A stretch of 55,204 nt of DNA, from the IMG/VR virus record IMGVR_UViG_3300009529_000010, positions 1 to 55,204 of that record; one strand, 5' to 3'. The notes below the pieces were generated by a model. That model worked only from the letters and a program-made list of their open reading frames with translations. It ran no database searches and was not told the origin of the DNA. The stretch's first letter is position 1. Each line of letters starts with the position of its first letter. Source of the DNA: a virus (Duplodnaviria; Caudoviricetes). Shown here piece by piece: positions 45,384 to 54,238 of the stretch. The position numbers were made by a program, and so were the translations under genes.

Positions 45384-46649
45384 TTATCGTAAAAGCCAGC
45401 GCTGCGCAACACGCGCAGCCATGTGGGACCGAGGCTCCCCCATCACGTCATCTTGCTCCATCAAGTCGAAGTTCATGTATTCGTTAGGTTCGGTATCTGA
45501 GAAGGAAAACCAAGGTTCCAGAGGAATTTGATCCTCTGGGAGATCGGGGGCGTACTTGGGCTGGCGGTAGAACAGCTCCACCACATCCTCGTCAGACTTC
45601 TTGCCGACCCGGGCACCGAAGGCAAACTCCGTGGAGAACTCCAGATCGTCGAGAATCTTGTCCACGACCTTTTGGATCGCGGGGTTTCGCGCAACATGAT
45701 CCTCGATGAACTTCTCGACGTTTTTACCTCCCGAGCCAAAGGTTTTGGTGACTACACCAGTGTCGTTCGAGATCCCCAGGTTTCGCGCAGCCTGGTTCCC
45801 CACCTGCTTCATCACCACGCGGTAGAAGTAGCTGGGGTCCTTGTTGAGGGCGGAAAGTTGGGACTTGTTCGGCAGTCGGTACTTGGTCTTGCCCTTGCCA
45901 AGCTCGCGGAAGAACTCCTTCATCAACTCTGCCTTCTCAGGCTTGCGCCCGAAGACACGATCAATAGCGTTATCCAAAATAGCTCGAATCTTAGTCCCTC
46001 CTGGGAAGCTCTGGGGGGAGTTTAGGGCCATCAGGAGGATGTTTTCACGAACATTCGGGTCGTCCACTGACACAGTAGGTTGCTGCTGGATAAAGCTGTC
46101 CCTCTCACCTTCCTGAGAAGGGACGCCGACTTCCATCTTCTCCCGCAGACGCTTCTTTTCGTTCAATGCGAGCCTCTTTGCTCCAGTTGCGGCGATGCCG
46201 CGTACTTGAGCTGGGGTCAGGTCACCTTCCAAAAGGGCCTGAACTTTGGGACGGTCCTTGCCGATTGCTTGGCCGGCGGAGTAGAACTGTCTGCGATTTG
46301 CCCGTCCACCTGGAAGGCTAGATTCTGAGACGATCTCCTGGGCCAGATCCTCCGGATCAATGCCGGAAACCCCCCGCAGGATCGAGGCGACGGCCTTGGC
46401 CGCCTCATCGTACATTCCCGTGTTCCGGTTCGTACTCCAGTTCGGGTGAAGTCCTCCGTCTTTGGACGCGGCCCACTCATCGGCATCTCCAAAACCTTGA
46501 GCCTTCCGGCGGATCCAAGTTCCTGGAGGAACCCCAGCCACTCCCTCCAAGAAGCTCAAACGGGCCAAGGCGTCCATCGAGAAGGCTGCTAGGACGTGAC
46601 GGGCTGCGAGCCGCAGCGTAACTTTTTGGAGCAAATCTTCGGAAGCCAT
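45384..46649 (-). CDS. Divergent ECF-sigma-like protein with virion-protein tags
   Basis: Region-2-like MYDEAAKAVASIL...DPEDLAQEIV...GIAATGAKRLALNEKKR; region-4-like LDNAIDRV...NQAARNLGIS; terminal tags RLAARHVL and RVAQRWLLR. Confidence 0.55.
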   Translation of the reverse strand: MASEDLLQKVTLRLAARHVLAAFSMDALARLSFLEGVAGVPPGTWIRRKAQGFGDADEWAASKDGGLHPNWSTNRNTGMYDEAAKAVASILRGVSGIDPEDLAQEIVSESSLPGGRANRRQFYSAGQAIGKDRPKVQALLEGDLTPAQVRGIAATGAKRLALNEKKRLREKMEVGVPSQEGERDSFIQQQPTVSVDDPNVRENILLMALNSPQSFPGGTKIRAILDNAIDRVFGRKPEKAELMKEFFRELGKGKTKYRLPNKSQLSALNKDPSYFYRVVMKQVGNQAARNLGISNDTGVVTKTFGSGGKNVEKFIEDHVARNPAIQKVVDKILDDLEFSTEFAFGARVGKKSDEDVVELFYRQPKYAPDLPEDQIPLEPWFSFSDTEPNEYMNFDLMEQDDVMGEPRSHMAARVAQRWLLR

Positions 46650-46678
46650 GGGAGAAAGTCTCTAACAAAGCCCAGGAT

Positions 46679-46692
46679 ATAAGAAAATCACC
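46679..46692 (-). promoter_or_regulatory. Putative late promoter (GGTGATTTTCTTAT)
   Basis: Copy of the 14-nt motif about 30 nt upstream of ATG 46649. Confidence 0.45.
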
Positions 46693-46719
46693 ATGTTAGG
46701 CGATCCTGGCTCTTTTTTC

Positions 46720-46748
46720 TTGACATGAACTTTGGCTTGGAGTAAAAG
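46720..46748 (+). promoter_or_regulatory. Host sigma70-type promoter
   Basis: TTGACA-N17-TAAAAG preceded by a T tract, about 100 nt upstream of ATG 46848. Confidence 0.55.
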
Positions 46749-46847
46749 AGGGTCGCTCTCGCCGTATGGCACGAGCTTCATTTCAAGAACCCAGAACCCT
46801 TAGCTGAGTTGCTACGCAACCAAGCACCCCGGAGAAGAAGCTGACGC

Positions 46848-48044
46848 ATGACTGAAAGTAAGAGCCGTCTTACGGCTAAAGACCTTTTTGAGCCCCTCCT
46901 GTACGTCCTCGGCAAGCACACGGGATTTGATCCTCAAATCTCGGTCCCGCATGAGGCTTTGATGAACGAAGTTCTCGAAGTGGCAGGAATTGATCCAACC
47001 TCTAGTGTGCTCACTGGTCGAGATGGCCTGTATCGGCGCGTCCACTTTGCCTGGAGAAATCAGTGTAAGGGATACACGGGTGTGTCCCGTGTCCCGTACT
47101 GCACCAAGGGTGCGCAGAGGGGGCACTGGGGGCTGACGGAAGCGGGGGTCTCCCGAGCACGGGAGCTGGTCTCGGTCTTCGATCAAGATCCGTCTCAGGA
47201 GATCCTCACTACTCTCAGTCAGGAGGCTCTTCGGCTTTCTATCGAAGAGGTGGAAAACACTCCCGATGAGCCCGATCCCGGGCTACTCCCTGCGCCGCGC
47301 GTTGCGGCGCGCCGTAACGAAACGGCACAGTGGATCGAAGAAAAGGGGCCCAAGTTGATGGCTCGGCTTCGGCAGCATCTCTCCCTCAAGATGCCCCGGT
47401 CCCTGGTCATGGATAAGGTAGACGACCATATCCAGACTTTCCTGACCAACCTCATCAGGCGCGATGCTCTCGCCCGTTACATCGCGGAGGGCAAGTCGAT
47501 CCCCCTCTCGCGCGTATGTGCCTGGTGTCGACGGTCGGCCTACTCGGACATTCGAGACGAGGGGCGCGATCCGGTGACTCGTACCCTTCACGGTGCCCTG
47601 ACCCGAGATGAGTGGACGCAACGGAACGAGTCCAACTGGACCACCGAGGTAATCCCCACCACGATCAACCAGAGTGACAGGCTCTCCCTGGGATCCAGTT
47701 ACGGTATGGGGTCTTACGATCCCGAGGCACAGGGGGTCAATGCCATGGATTTCCTGGTGGCGGACTCCGATGTGGAGGTGGAGGTGGCGGACTCCGAGGC
47801 ATTCGAGCACACCTACGACATTGTCGCCCAGGCAATCTCAGATGCACTCCGAGGCAAAGAGCACGATGCTGCTCTCCACCACCAGGTCCTCATGGATCGT
47901 TTCGTGAAGCGGCTCACCGTCGCGGAATTGGCAGAGAAACACAACATCCCCAAGGAGACGGCGACGGCAGTTGTGGGGCGTATCCGAAAGGCAGTACGCA
48001 AAGCCCGAGATCAGGGTGCCTTCAGCGAAGTCCTGAGAGACTAG
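46848..48044 (+). CDS. Mrr_N-like winged helix fused to a sigma-70-family factor
   Basis: N-terminal LFEPLLYVL...RVHFA...RGHWGLTEAG (Mrr_N-like); region-2-like VDDHIQTFL...WCRRSAYSDIR; region-4 HTH LTVAELAEKHNIPKETATAVVGRIRKAVR. Confidence 0.65.
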   Translation: MTESKSRLTAKDLFEPLLYVLGKHTGFDPQISVPHEALMNEVLEVAGIDPTSSVLTGRDGLYRRVHFAWRNQCKGYTGVSRVPYCTKGAQRGHWGLTEAGVSRARELVSVFDQDPSQEILTTLSQEALRLSIEEVENTPDEPDPGLLPAPRVAARRNETAQWIEEKGPKLMARLRQHLSLKMPRSLVMDKVDDHIQTFLTNLIRRDALARYIAEGKSIPLSRVCAWCRRSAYSDIRDEGRDPVTRTLHGALTRDEWTQRNESNWTTEVIPTTINQSDRLSLGSSYGMGSYDPEAQGVNAMDFLVADSDVEVEVADSEAFEHTYDIVAQAISDALRGKEHDAALHHQVLMDRFVKRLTVAELAEKHNIPKETATAVVGRIRKAVRKARDQGAFSEVLRD

Positions 48045-49390
48045 GGCTCAGGCTCCCAGGCGAGCCATTCCTCAATCGTAGAGGGTTCTTCTACGATTGA
48101 GGAAGCCCTCTTCCCGAAAAACTGAGCATCGGGATACACCGACAGCAGGAGACGGGCTGAGTTATCTTGGCCCGTTTTGCTATGTGCGCCGAGAAAGCCC
48201 GTGATCTTCTCGTAGAGATCGGACTTTCGCTGGTGAAGATCGGCGGCGATGATGCCGGCCTCCTCTCGAAGCCGGACACAGGCAGACATGCCGTGATTGG
48301 CGGTCCGCTGGAGATACCCGTACATCCCGTAGGTTCGAGCTGCCTTGAGCGAAGCCATCCGCTTGCTCGGGTTCCAAGAAAGGTGCGATCCCCGTTTTTG
48401 AAGGATGTCGTTTGCAAACATCTTCTTGAGAAGAAGATTGACCGTATCCTCCCCGTGGTGTGCAGCAAGATCGGAGGCGATCCTCGAAAGAGTCTCCGGA
48501 CGCATTTGATTCTCAAAGCGAAGAAAGTGCTCTTGAATCTGAGACATGATCACCGGGGCATCTGTGTGAGTACCCAGTGTAGCCAGCTTCGGCATTGAGT
48601 CCCGGTAGGTGGCTACCAGGAGCTTTGCGGGGGTGCTCTTGGCACGCTTGGCGTGCGTAGCCAGGAAGTCCACAACATCCTTGTCCTTCGAAAGAGACGC
48701 GCGGATAATCTTGGAGGCGGATCGGTGCAGTTTTCTAGAAGCCGCTTCGCACATCTTTTGGATGCCCTTGGTATACCCATACAGGCCCCCAGGCACGACC
48801 GCGGCGGCCTTTGACATTTCCTTCTTGGCCATCTCGATGGCCCCTTCCCGTGTCGGATGCCCTCCAAGCACTCCACCAAAACGGTTGAGGATTTTGAACT
48901 GGGGCTTTTGTCCGCGAATAGGGCCTCGGCTTGGCTCCTTGGTTACAAAGAGCGCCGTGCCCGGAATGGGGTCCGCATCCTTCAAGTCATCACGGGAAGC
49001 CGACTTGAGCTGCGTATCCAAGGCTGCCCAAGAGTCCTCGATAGACGACGCCACTCGGGCCAGCCTTTCCCGGGGTGGCGGGACATTCTCAAAATCGACC
49101 TTTGGAAGGATAGCTTCCTTCCACGCATGGGGGAACTCAGGCTCGTAGGTGACCTCATAGGCATACCCGTCAAGGTTTGAGAAATCAGCGTGGCGGATAA
49201 AGTACACGAGACCCTTGCCGGTCATGTCCGTAGCGATACGGAACCCGAGGGGGATCCGTAGAGATGTCGCCGGAAACAAGTTACGGGCAGCGTTGACGAA
49301 ATCCTCGTTGACGAAGATACGTCCAGTCTGCTCAAGAAGTTGAGGGTTCCCCTTTGAGGGGGCATACTCGATTGAAGTTTTGTCAGTCAT
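48041..49390 (-). CDS. Mosaic putative head-internal protein with an internal repeat
   Basis: Two G.YGY...FL..H.K......A.LL...Y modules and multiple [KR]xAS motifs. Confidence 0.7.
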   Translation of the reverse strand: MTDKTSIEYAPSKGNPQLLEQTGRIFVNEDFVNAARNLFPATSLRIPLGFRIATDMTGKGLVYFIRHADFSNLDGYAYEVTYEPEFPHAWKEAILPKVDFENVPPPRERLARVASSIEDSWAALDTQLKSASRDDLKDADPIPGTALFVTKEPSRGPIRGQKPQFKILNRFGGVLGGHPTREGAIEMAKKEMSKAAAVVPGGLYGYTKGIQKMCEAASRKLHRSASKIIRASLSKDKDVVDFLATHAKRAKSTPAKLLVATYRDSMPKLATLGTHTDAPVIMSQIQEHFLRFENQMRPETLSRIASDLAAHHGEDTVNLLLKKMFANDILQKRGSHLSWNPSKRMASLKAARTYGMYGYLQRTANHGMSACVRLREEAGIIAADLHQRKSDLYEKITGFLGAHSKTGQDNSARLLLSVYPDAQFFGKRASSIVEEPSTIEEWLAWEPEP

Positions 49391-49423
49391 CAGCTAGATT
49401 TCCTCGGAACGGCTCTGTTGGTT

Positions 49424-50506
49424 TCATTTACCGGCTTGGAGATGCCGATTCGCCACGCGGGAGGCCATGCGCATCATTGCGATCTCGTCTTGGGTGGATT
49501 CGGTGCTTTGCCTCCATCGGGAGACATCAGAGGCTACAGCCTCAACGTCCTCCATGAAGGGATATTCTTCCATAGGGATGTCTACCCCTAAAGAACGAAG
49601 CTTATTGACGGCGATGACCACATCATCAAATGCGGTTTCCAAGTCGAGTACACTTTGTGAGTAATCCTCGAAGGCTTCTGGAGAAGAAGCCCTCTTATGT
49701 TGAGCGTACCCAAACTTTTGAATCAGGCTAGCTAGTTCCCGACCACGCCGCTGGGCCCCTTTGACCAGAATCTTTTCCGTGAAGCGAGGAGGATCCTTTT
49801 CAAGGGCCCATCCTACAGGACGGACATCCTCAAACCCAGCTTCACGAAGAGTTGTAACCACGCGCTGAACATGCTTATTCAACAGGGGGAGGGCCAACCG
49901 CGAGTCTTTGAGCAAAATGTCACTGGTCACTGGGAGGGCAATCTCGACCCCATCTCGCACAACCTGGACTTGAACTTTGCCCGGCTGGAACCGAGCAAAC
50001 CTTTGCTGCCCATCCTCTGTGATCTCACGTTGGATCGCACAAGCCGGTCTCCTCACCAAGTAATTCGGCCACCGTTCAATCCATTTTTTGTAGAACTCGC
50101 CTTTTGGGACGACCCGGACGGTTTCTTCCGGGTCCGGGATATTGGGATCTGCCACGTAGACGTTCAGATCATCATCCACATCGAATACGAGGCTGGCGTG
50201 TGACCACTCTCTCCCCTCGGGGTTCCAAGCGATCATCACCGGGTCCCCTTGATCCGTCCATTCCTTGAGTTGACGGACGGTAGAGGGGGTGACCAAAGTT
50301 GCCCGGAACCCGTAGTGCTGAGCACAAGCCAACGCATTCTCCCAGGAGGCCCCTTGCATAGCGCGAGCCCCCATCACACGGTTCACCTCATCCTCGGTGC
50401 AGTCCAACCCGTGGGCGCGTAGAGCCATGCACATGGAAGCCGACATACACGAATATTGGCTCCGCTGCCGTACAGGGGTGACGTTAGCTTTGGCTTGCTT
50501 ACGCAC
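49424..50506 (-). CDS. C39-like cysteine peptidase domain protein
   Basis: QRSQYSC..AS..MAL, WSHA and VYVADP (Q/C/H/D catalytic pattern); C-terminal RVANRHL tag. Confidence 0.75.
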   Translation of the reverse strand: MRKQAKANVTPVRQRSQYSCMSASMCMALRAHGLDCTEDEVNRVMGARAMQGASWENALACAQHYGFRATLVTPSTVRQLKEWTDQGDPVMIAWNPEGREWSHASLVFDVDDDLNVYVADPNIPDPEETVRVVPKGEFYKKWIERWPNYLVRRPACAIQREITEDGQQRFARFQPGKVQVQVVRDGVEIALPVTSDILLKDSRLALPLLNKHVQRVVTTLREAGFEDVRPVGWALEKDPPRFTEKILVKGAQRRGRELASLIQKFGYAQHKRASSPEAFEDYSQSVLDLETAFDDVVIAVNKLRSLGVDIPMEEYPFMEDVEAVASDVSRWRQSTESTQDEIAMMRMASRVANRHLQAGK

Positions 50507-50588
50507 AGAAAACCTTCCTACACGGTGCCCAGGAGTCCAGGCGCTTTGTTTGACTAGGCATGGGCAATTCTCTATCCATGGGGCCCGG

Positions 50589-50627
50589 ATAGACAGATTA
50601 GCGACGTTTGCTCGATAACCTGTCTAT
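50589..50627. promoter_or_regulatory. Divergent pair of putative late promoters
   Basis: GCTAATCTGTCTAT on minus (50589-50602) and GATAACCTGTCTAT on plus (50614-50627) lie between divergent genes. Confidence 0.55.
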
Positions 50628-50655
50628 CACTCCCCCTATGGGAAGGTTTGTTTCC

Positions 50656-50916
50656 ATGGTTTACAGTAAACTCATTGAGAGAGTTGCAGAACTTTCGGGC
50701 GTCCCCGAAGAACAGGTTCGTGCAGTCCTCCAAGAGGTTCCAAAGGCTTTGATGGAAGGGGCTAGGGGAGAGAAAACCCGAACACCACTTGGTGTATTCA
50801 CCATCGTCGAGCGCAAAGAAAAGGCTGTGCGGACTCCTGATGGGAAATGGTCGTCCGCCCCAGCCTTGGTTCTGGCCCGTTTGAAGCCTGGTAAGAAGCT
50901 TCAAAGGAAGATCTAG
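50656..50916 (+). CDS. HU/IHF-family DNA-binding protein
   Basis: LIERVAELSGV....V..VL, LGVFTIVERKEK.VRTP and KPGKKL; GGAAGG RBS. Confidence 0.85.
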   Translation: MVYSKLIERVAELSGVPEEQVRAVLQEVPKALMEGARGEKTRTPLGVFTIVERKEKAVRTPDGKWSSAPALVLARLKPGKKLQRKI

Positions 50917-51140
50917 TTCGGATCCTTGCTCTCCGGTAAAGCCGGCACATCAACGCTGCTGACATCCCGGGCCCCGTTCCAGTAACCCATGCGGAACCCT
51001 TCTAAGAAGGGATCTAGAGGTATCCCCTTTCTGTCGGCATGCTCTTTAGCGGCCTGGAGGGAGGATTCCCATCTCCCCTCCAAAACCTTGCGCATTTGAG
51101 CAAGTAGGGTCTTTAGGTCGTCTTCAGGACGGGAATCCAT
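50913..51140 (-). CDS. Hypothetical protein
   Basis: Likely start MDSRPE; FLEGFRMGY motif. Confidence 0.5.
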   Translation of the reverse strand: MDSRPEDDLKTLLAQMRKVLEGRWESSLQAAKEHADRKGIPLDPFLEGFRMGYWNGARDVSSVDVPALPESKDPN

Positions 51141-51534
51141 CTCGAATACGCTTGATTGTATCCTCAGCCGCCGTTTTGACCTGCTTGGCAATGGCCTTGG
51201 CCATTACGTCTTGTACCGCATCGGATACTCGGGTTGAGAGTTCTTCAATATCCCCCTCTCCCAAAACCTGGTTCTTGAAGTCCTCGTCATTGGACATCAA
51301 AATCAACGTTTCAAGGAGAGATTCCTGTCGAAGCGTCGCGGTGAGCAATCCGAATACTGTTTCTTCCATGCCCTGGTTTGGCATGCGTTGAACGGTCTGC
51401 TCATCCTGCTCGTGTTGCAGCTTGTGCAACGAAAAGACTTGATTCTTCTCGTCTTTCGCCACATGCACTTCGATCACGAAGTGAGTGTAGTCCTTGTGAA
51501 AGCCTTTTTTCCACGGCGGTTGAGGTACCGACAT
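51124..51534 (-). CDS. Hypothetical protein
   Basis: 136 aa; GGGTGGGGTATGAT box 5 nt upstream. Confidence 0.65.
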   Translation of the reverse strand: MSVPQPPWKKGFHKDYTHFVIEVHVAKDEKNQVFSLHKLQHEQDEQTVQRMPNQGMEETVFGLLTATLRQESLLETLILMSNDEDFKNQVLGEGDIEELSTRVSDAVQDVMAKAIAKQVKTAAEDTIKRIRDGFPS

Positions 51535-51575
51535 GTCTCATCATACCCCACCCGAGGTAGTTGTCCTACAAGGGA

Positions 51576-52730
51576 TCAGCCCGCCGCGCACCTGTAGGTG
51601 ATATCGGCGAGCCCTTGCACCAGCAGATCATCGCATGCCGCGCCACACAATTCGATCTCATCCATTGCAGGGGTCGTGTAGTAAAACCCGTCCCCACAGT
51701 CCCCAGCACCCGATAGGGGAGGCCCGTAGGTGATTCCGTTAACCTCCACCTCAACCAAGGCGGGGAAGTCGGGGGGCGGGTCGAGGGTGACTGTGCAACT
51801 GATTACGTCGCCCAGGATCATGTCAAGGGCATCGAAGAGGGTCTGGGTGTCGCTGGCTGGGATGAAGGCCCCGGTACCGCCCCCGGCGGCCCAGGCATTG
51901 AGCTGAGCAGGGGAAACACTAGATCCTAGGCCGATGACGTAAGTAGTGATCGCATCGTCAGCCAGGGCATTTGCAAGCTCAGTTTGTACGTTTCCGCCTG
52001 CACAACTGTTGTTGGTATCTGCTGCCCCATCCGAGACAATGATCAGCACCCGATCCCCGACCGCTTCATTGCGCAACGCAGCAAGCGAAACATGAACGGC
52101 AGGAGCTGTAGGCGTACCGCCTCCGGGGCTCTGGGCGTTGATCAGATCAATAACCGCCATTCCGTTGTTATCGGCAATGGCCAGATCCACCCCACCGCCA
52201 GGACATGAATTGGAGTTCCCCGAGATAGCGAAAGGAAAGAACCGAGCCCCAAGCCGAGCCTGGTTTCCGTAGTTGTTCGCTAGTGTGGTGATCGAGTTGG
52301 TCAGGGCGTTCCATCCGCAGTTTCCAGTTGAACTTCCAGGACACCAGCCCATGGAACAGGACTTGTCGAGGGCGAGCATGATGTTTGGGGGGACAGGTTC
52401 TCCTGTGATCTCGATGGCATCGCATGAACCCCCACCGCCTACGATGCCATCCCCCACGTCGAACTTGATTCCCCCGTCGCCGTCCCCAGACATTGTGTCG
52501 CCGTCGCCGTCCCCAGACATTGTGTCGCCGTCGCCGTCACCGTCGCCGTCACCATCTCCAGGCCCCGTCTCATCAAGGTCCCCATCCCCGTCCCCAGACA
52601 ACGTCCCACTGTCCCCGTCAAGGCTGCCGATGGAATCAGTGGCCGAGGATTTCCCATCATCCCCACTGTTGCAAGCGACTACGACAAGAAGAACGGACAG
52701 GGCACCAAGCTTGTTTACAACGGTTGACAT
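51576..52730 (-). CDS. Myxobacterial-type vWA-domain lipoprotein with Gly-Asp repeats
   Basis: Lipobox VVA|C, (GD)n linker, MIDAS DKSCS, GGTPT, IIVSDG and a Cys-rich C-terminal domain. Confidence 0.85.
   Translation of the reverse strand: MSTVVNKLGALSVLLVVVACNSGDDGKSSATDSIGSLDGDSGTLSGDGDGDLDETGPGDGDGDGDGDGDTMSGDGDGDTMSGDGDGGIKFDVGDGIVGGGGSCDAIEITGEPVPPNIMLALDKSCSMGWCPGSSTGNCGWNALTNSITTLANNYGNQARLGARFFPFAISGNSNSCPGGGVDLAIADNNGMAVIDLINAQSPGGGTPTAPAVHVSLAALRNEAVGDRVLIIVSDGAADTNNSCAGGNVQTELANALADDAITTYVIGLGSSVSPAQLNAWAAGGGTGAFIPASDTQTLFDALDMILGDVISCTVTLDPPPDFPALVEVEVNGITYGPPLSGAGDCGDGFYYTTPAMDEIELCGAACDDLLVQGLADITYRCAAG
52474..52527. repeat. 27-bp tandem duplication inside the GD-repeat linker
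   Basis: CCGTCGCCGTCCCCAGACATTGTGTCG occurs twice in tandem (encodes DTMSGDGDG). Confidence 0.85.
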
Positions 52731-52749
52731 AGAAGACCTTTAGGATGGA

Positions 52750-54207
52750 TCAAGATTCGGCGTCGTACAACCCCGACGAGTAATAGGAAGGGGACCCTTC
52801 AATACCGTCCCAGCCATACAGGCGCTTGTACTTCTCCCGACGCCTCTCCCAGGAACTTCCGCTCGGCTTACTGCGGCTACTAGCGCTATCCGCTTTGAGC
52901 GTCACAAGCGCCACGGTGTGACCCCCGCTGTAACGATCTTTCCCGCTCCAAAGCTTCTTGTCTAAGGTTACCTTTTTCGACTTACCGGCCTTTGTGGTTA
53001 CAGTAATCGTGGCACCCTTTCGATAATCGGAATCTAGGATTTTCACTCCCCAGGATCCATCTCGAAGCTTGGTGAAGCTCGGTTGGAAAGATGCCTGCTT
53101 CAGCATGGCCGCTTCAAGGAAGGAAACACGGATTTTCTTGAGCCCGGCCTTCTTCATCTTGTCAGCACAGGGAGGGCAAAGAGCCTTTACTTCCTCCAAG
53201 GACAGGAGATCATTTGATGAACCCCCATAATCACGACGGGTCTGGAGGGGTTGAGAAGCTGCACGGTTCCAGACACCACGGCCCCCCTTGGCCTGGTAGG
53301 TACTTCCCCGAAGGACAACCGCACCCATTTCAACCAGTGCGTCGAGGGCTGCCTTCACCTCCGGTAGTGAAACCGACATGGGCTTCCGACTGCTGGGGGG
53401 ACTCGACGTGGCATAGGAATGTAACTCTCTCAAGGTCGAGTGAGGGAAGTCCTGTAGCTCCAGGACCATGCGCTCCATCAGCTTTCGGTCCCCACTGGCT
53501 TTCTTGGGAGCCTTGCCAGCCTCATCAATCAAATCGGCACGGGCTTTCTCAGCTCCTTTGTACTTTTTGACCAGGTAGCCGGTAAAATCCCCGTTCATGA
53601 TTGCACGCAAGTACGCGCGATAGTGGAGATCGTCTTGGCTCTTGCCCTTGTTTGCGTCGTGGAGTCTCTTAGCCAACGCCTTGAAGTAAGGTGACGCATT
53701 CGCCTTGGAGTCCGGTGACGCCTTCTTGGCGCGGTCTTTGGCTGCCTCTTCGCGCCAACCTGGGATCACCCGATCGGCCAGAGAAGCACAGAAAGCTCCA
53801 GGATTGGAGAGCTTCCCATCCATACGCTTGATGCACTCGGTTACCTTGTGTTTCGGGGCCCGTGAAGTCAGTGAATCCCAGAACTTCTTACGAGACTCAT
53901 CCGTCCACCCTTTGGGTAAGGGGCCTTCCCATTTCTTGGCCTGTCGCTCGATCCCTCTTGGGATCCGAGGAGGGGGGAGGGCTTTCTCTTGAGAAAGTTG
54001 AGCTATGTGATGCTCGTATATGTCGTTGAAATAGGATAGCTCCACGGCATTCAACACACCAAACATCTTCTCCAGTTCCCGGTACCACTTTCTGGGGTAC
54101 ACGGTAGAATTTCCTGCGTGGGAACGCTCACCTTTGGAGAAAGCCCTGCTCGCAAAGGAACCTGCGGCGAAGGCTAAGTTGGCGGCTGTAGGACTCGCAA
54201 CACTCAT
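52750..54207 (-). CDS. Mosaic basic putative head-internal protein
   Basis: 485 aa; short modules separated by RQA, KKAS, KKAS, RAAS and KQAS; includes NPGAFCASL and LCPPCADKM modules. Confidence 0.7.
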   Translation of the reverse strand: MSVASPTAANLAFAAGSFASRAFSKGERSHAGNSTVYPRKWYRELEKMFGVLNAVELSYFNDIYEHHIAQLSQEKALPPPRIPRGIERQAKKWEGPLPKGWTDESRKKFWDSLTSRAPKHKVTECIKRMDGKLSNPGAFCASLADRVIPGWREEAAKDRAKKASPDSKANASPYFKALAKRLHDANKGKSQDDLHYRAYLRAIMNGDFTGYLVKKYKGAEKARADLIDEAGKAPKKASGDRKLMERMVLELQDFPHSTLRELHSYATSSPPSSRKPMSVSLPEVKAALDALVEMGAVVLRGSTYQAKGGRGVWNRAASQPLQTRRDYGGSSNDLLSLEEVKALCPPCADKMKKAGLKKIRVSFLEAAMLKQASFQPSFTKLRDGSWGVKILDSDYRKGATITVTTKAGKSKKVTLDKKLWSGKDRYSGGHTVALVTLKADSASSRSKPSGSSWERRREKYKRLYGWDGIEGSPSYYSSGLYDAES

Positions 54208-54238
54208 GAGTACCTCTTAATGTTGGGCTTGATTCGAC

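Noticed and set aside
46750-46830. Short hairpins as a possible tRNA
   Set aside because: No cloverleaf or T-loop consensus; probably 5' UTR structure.
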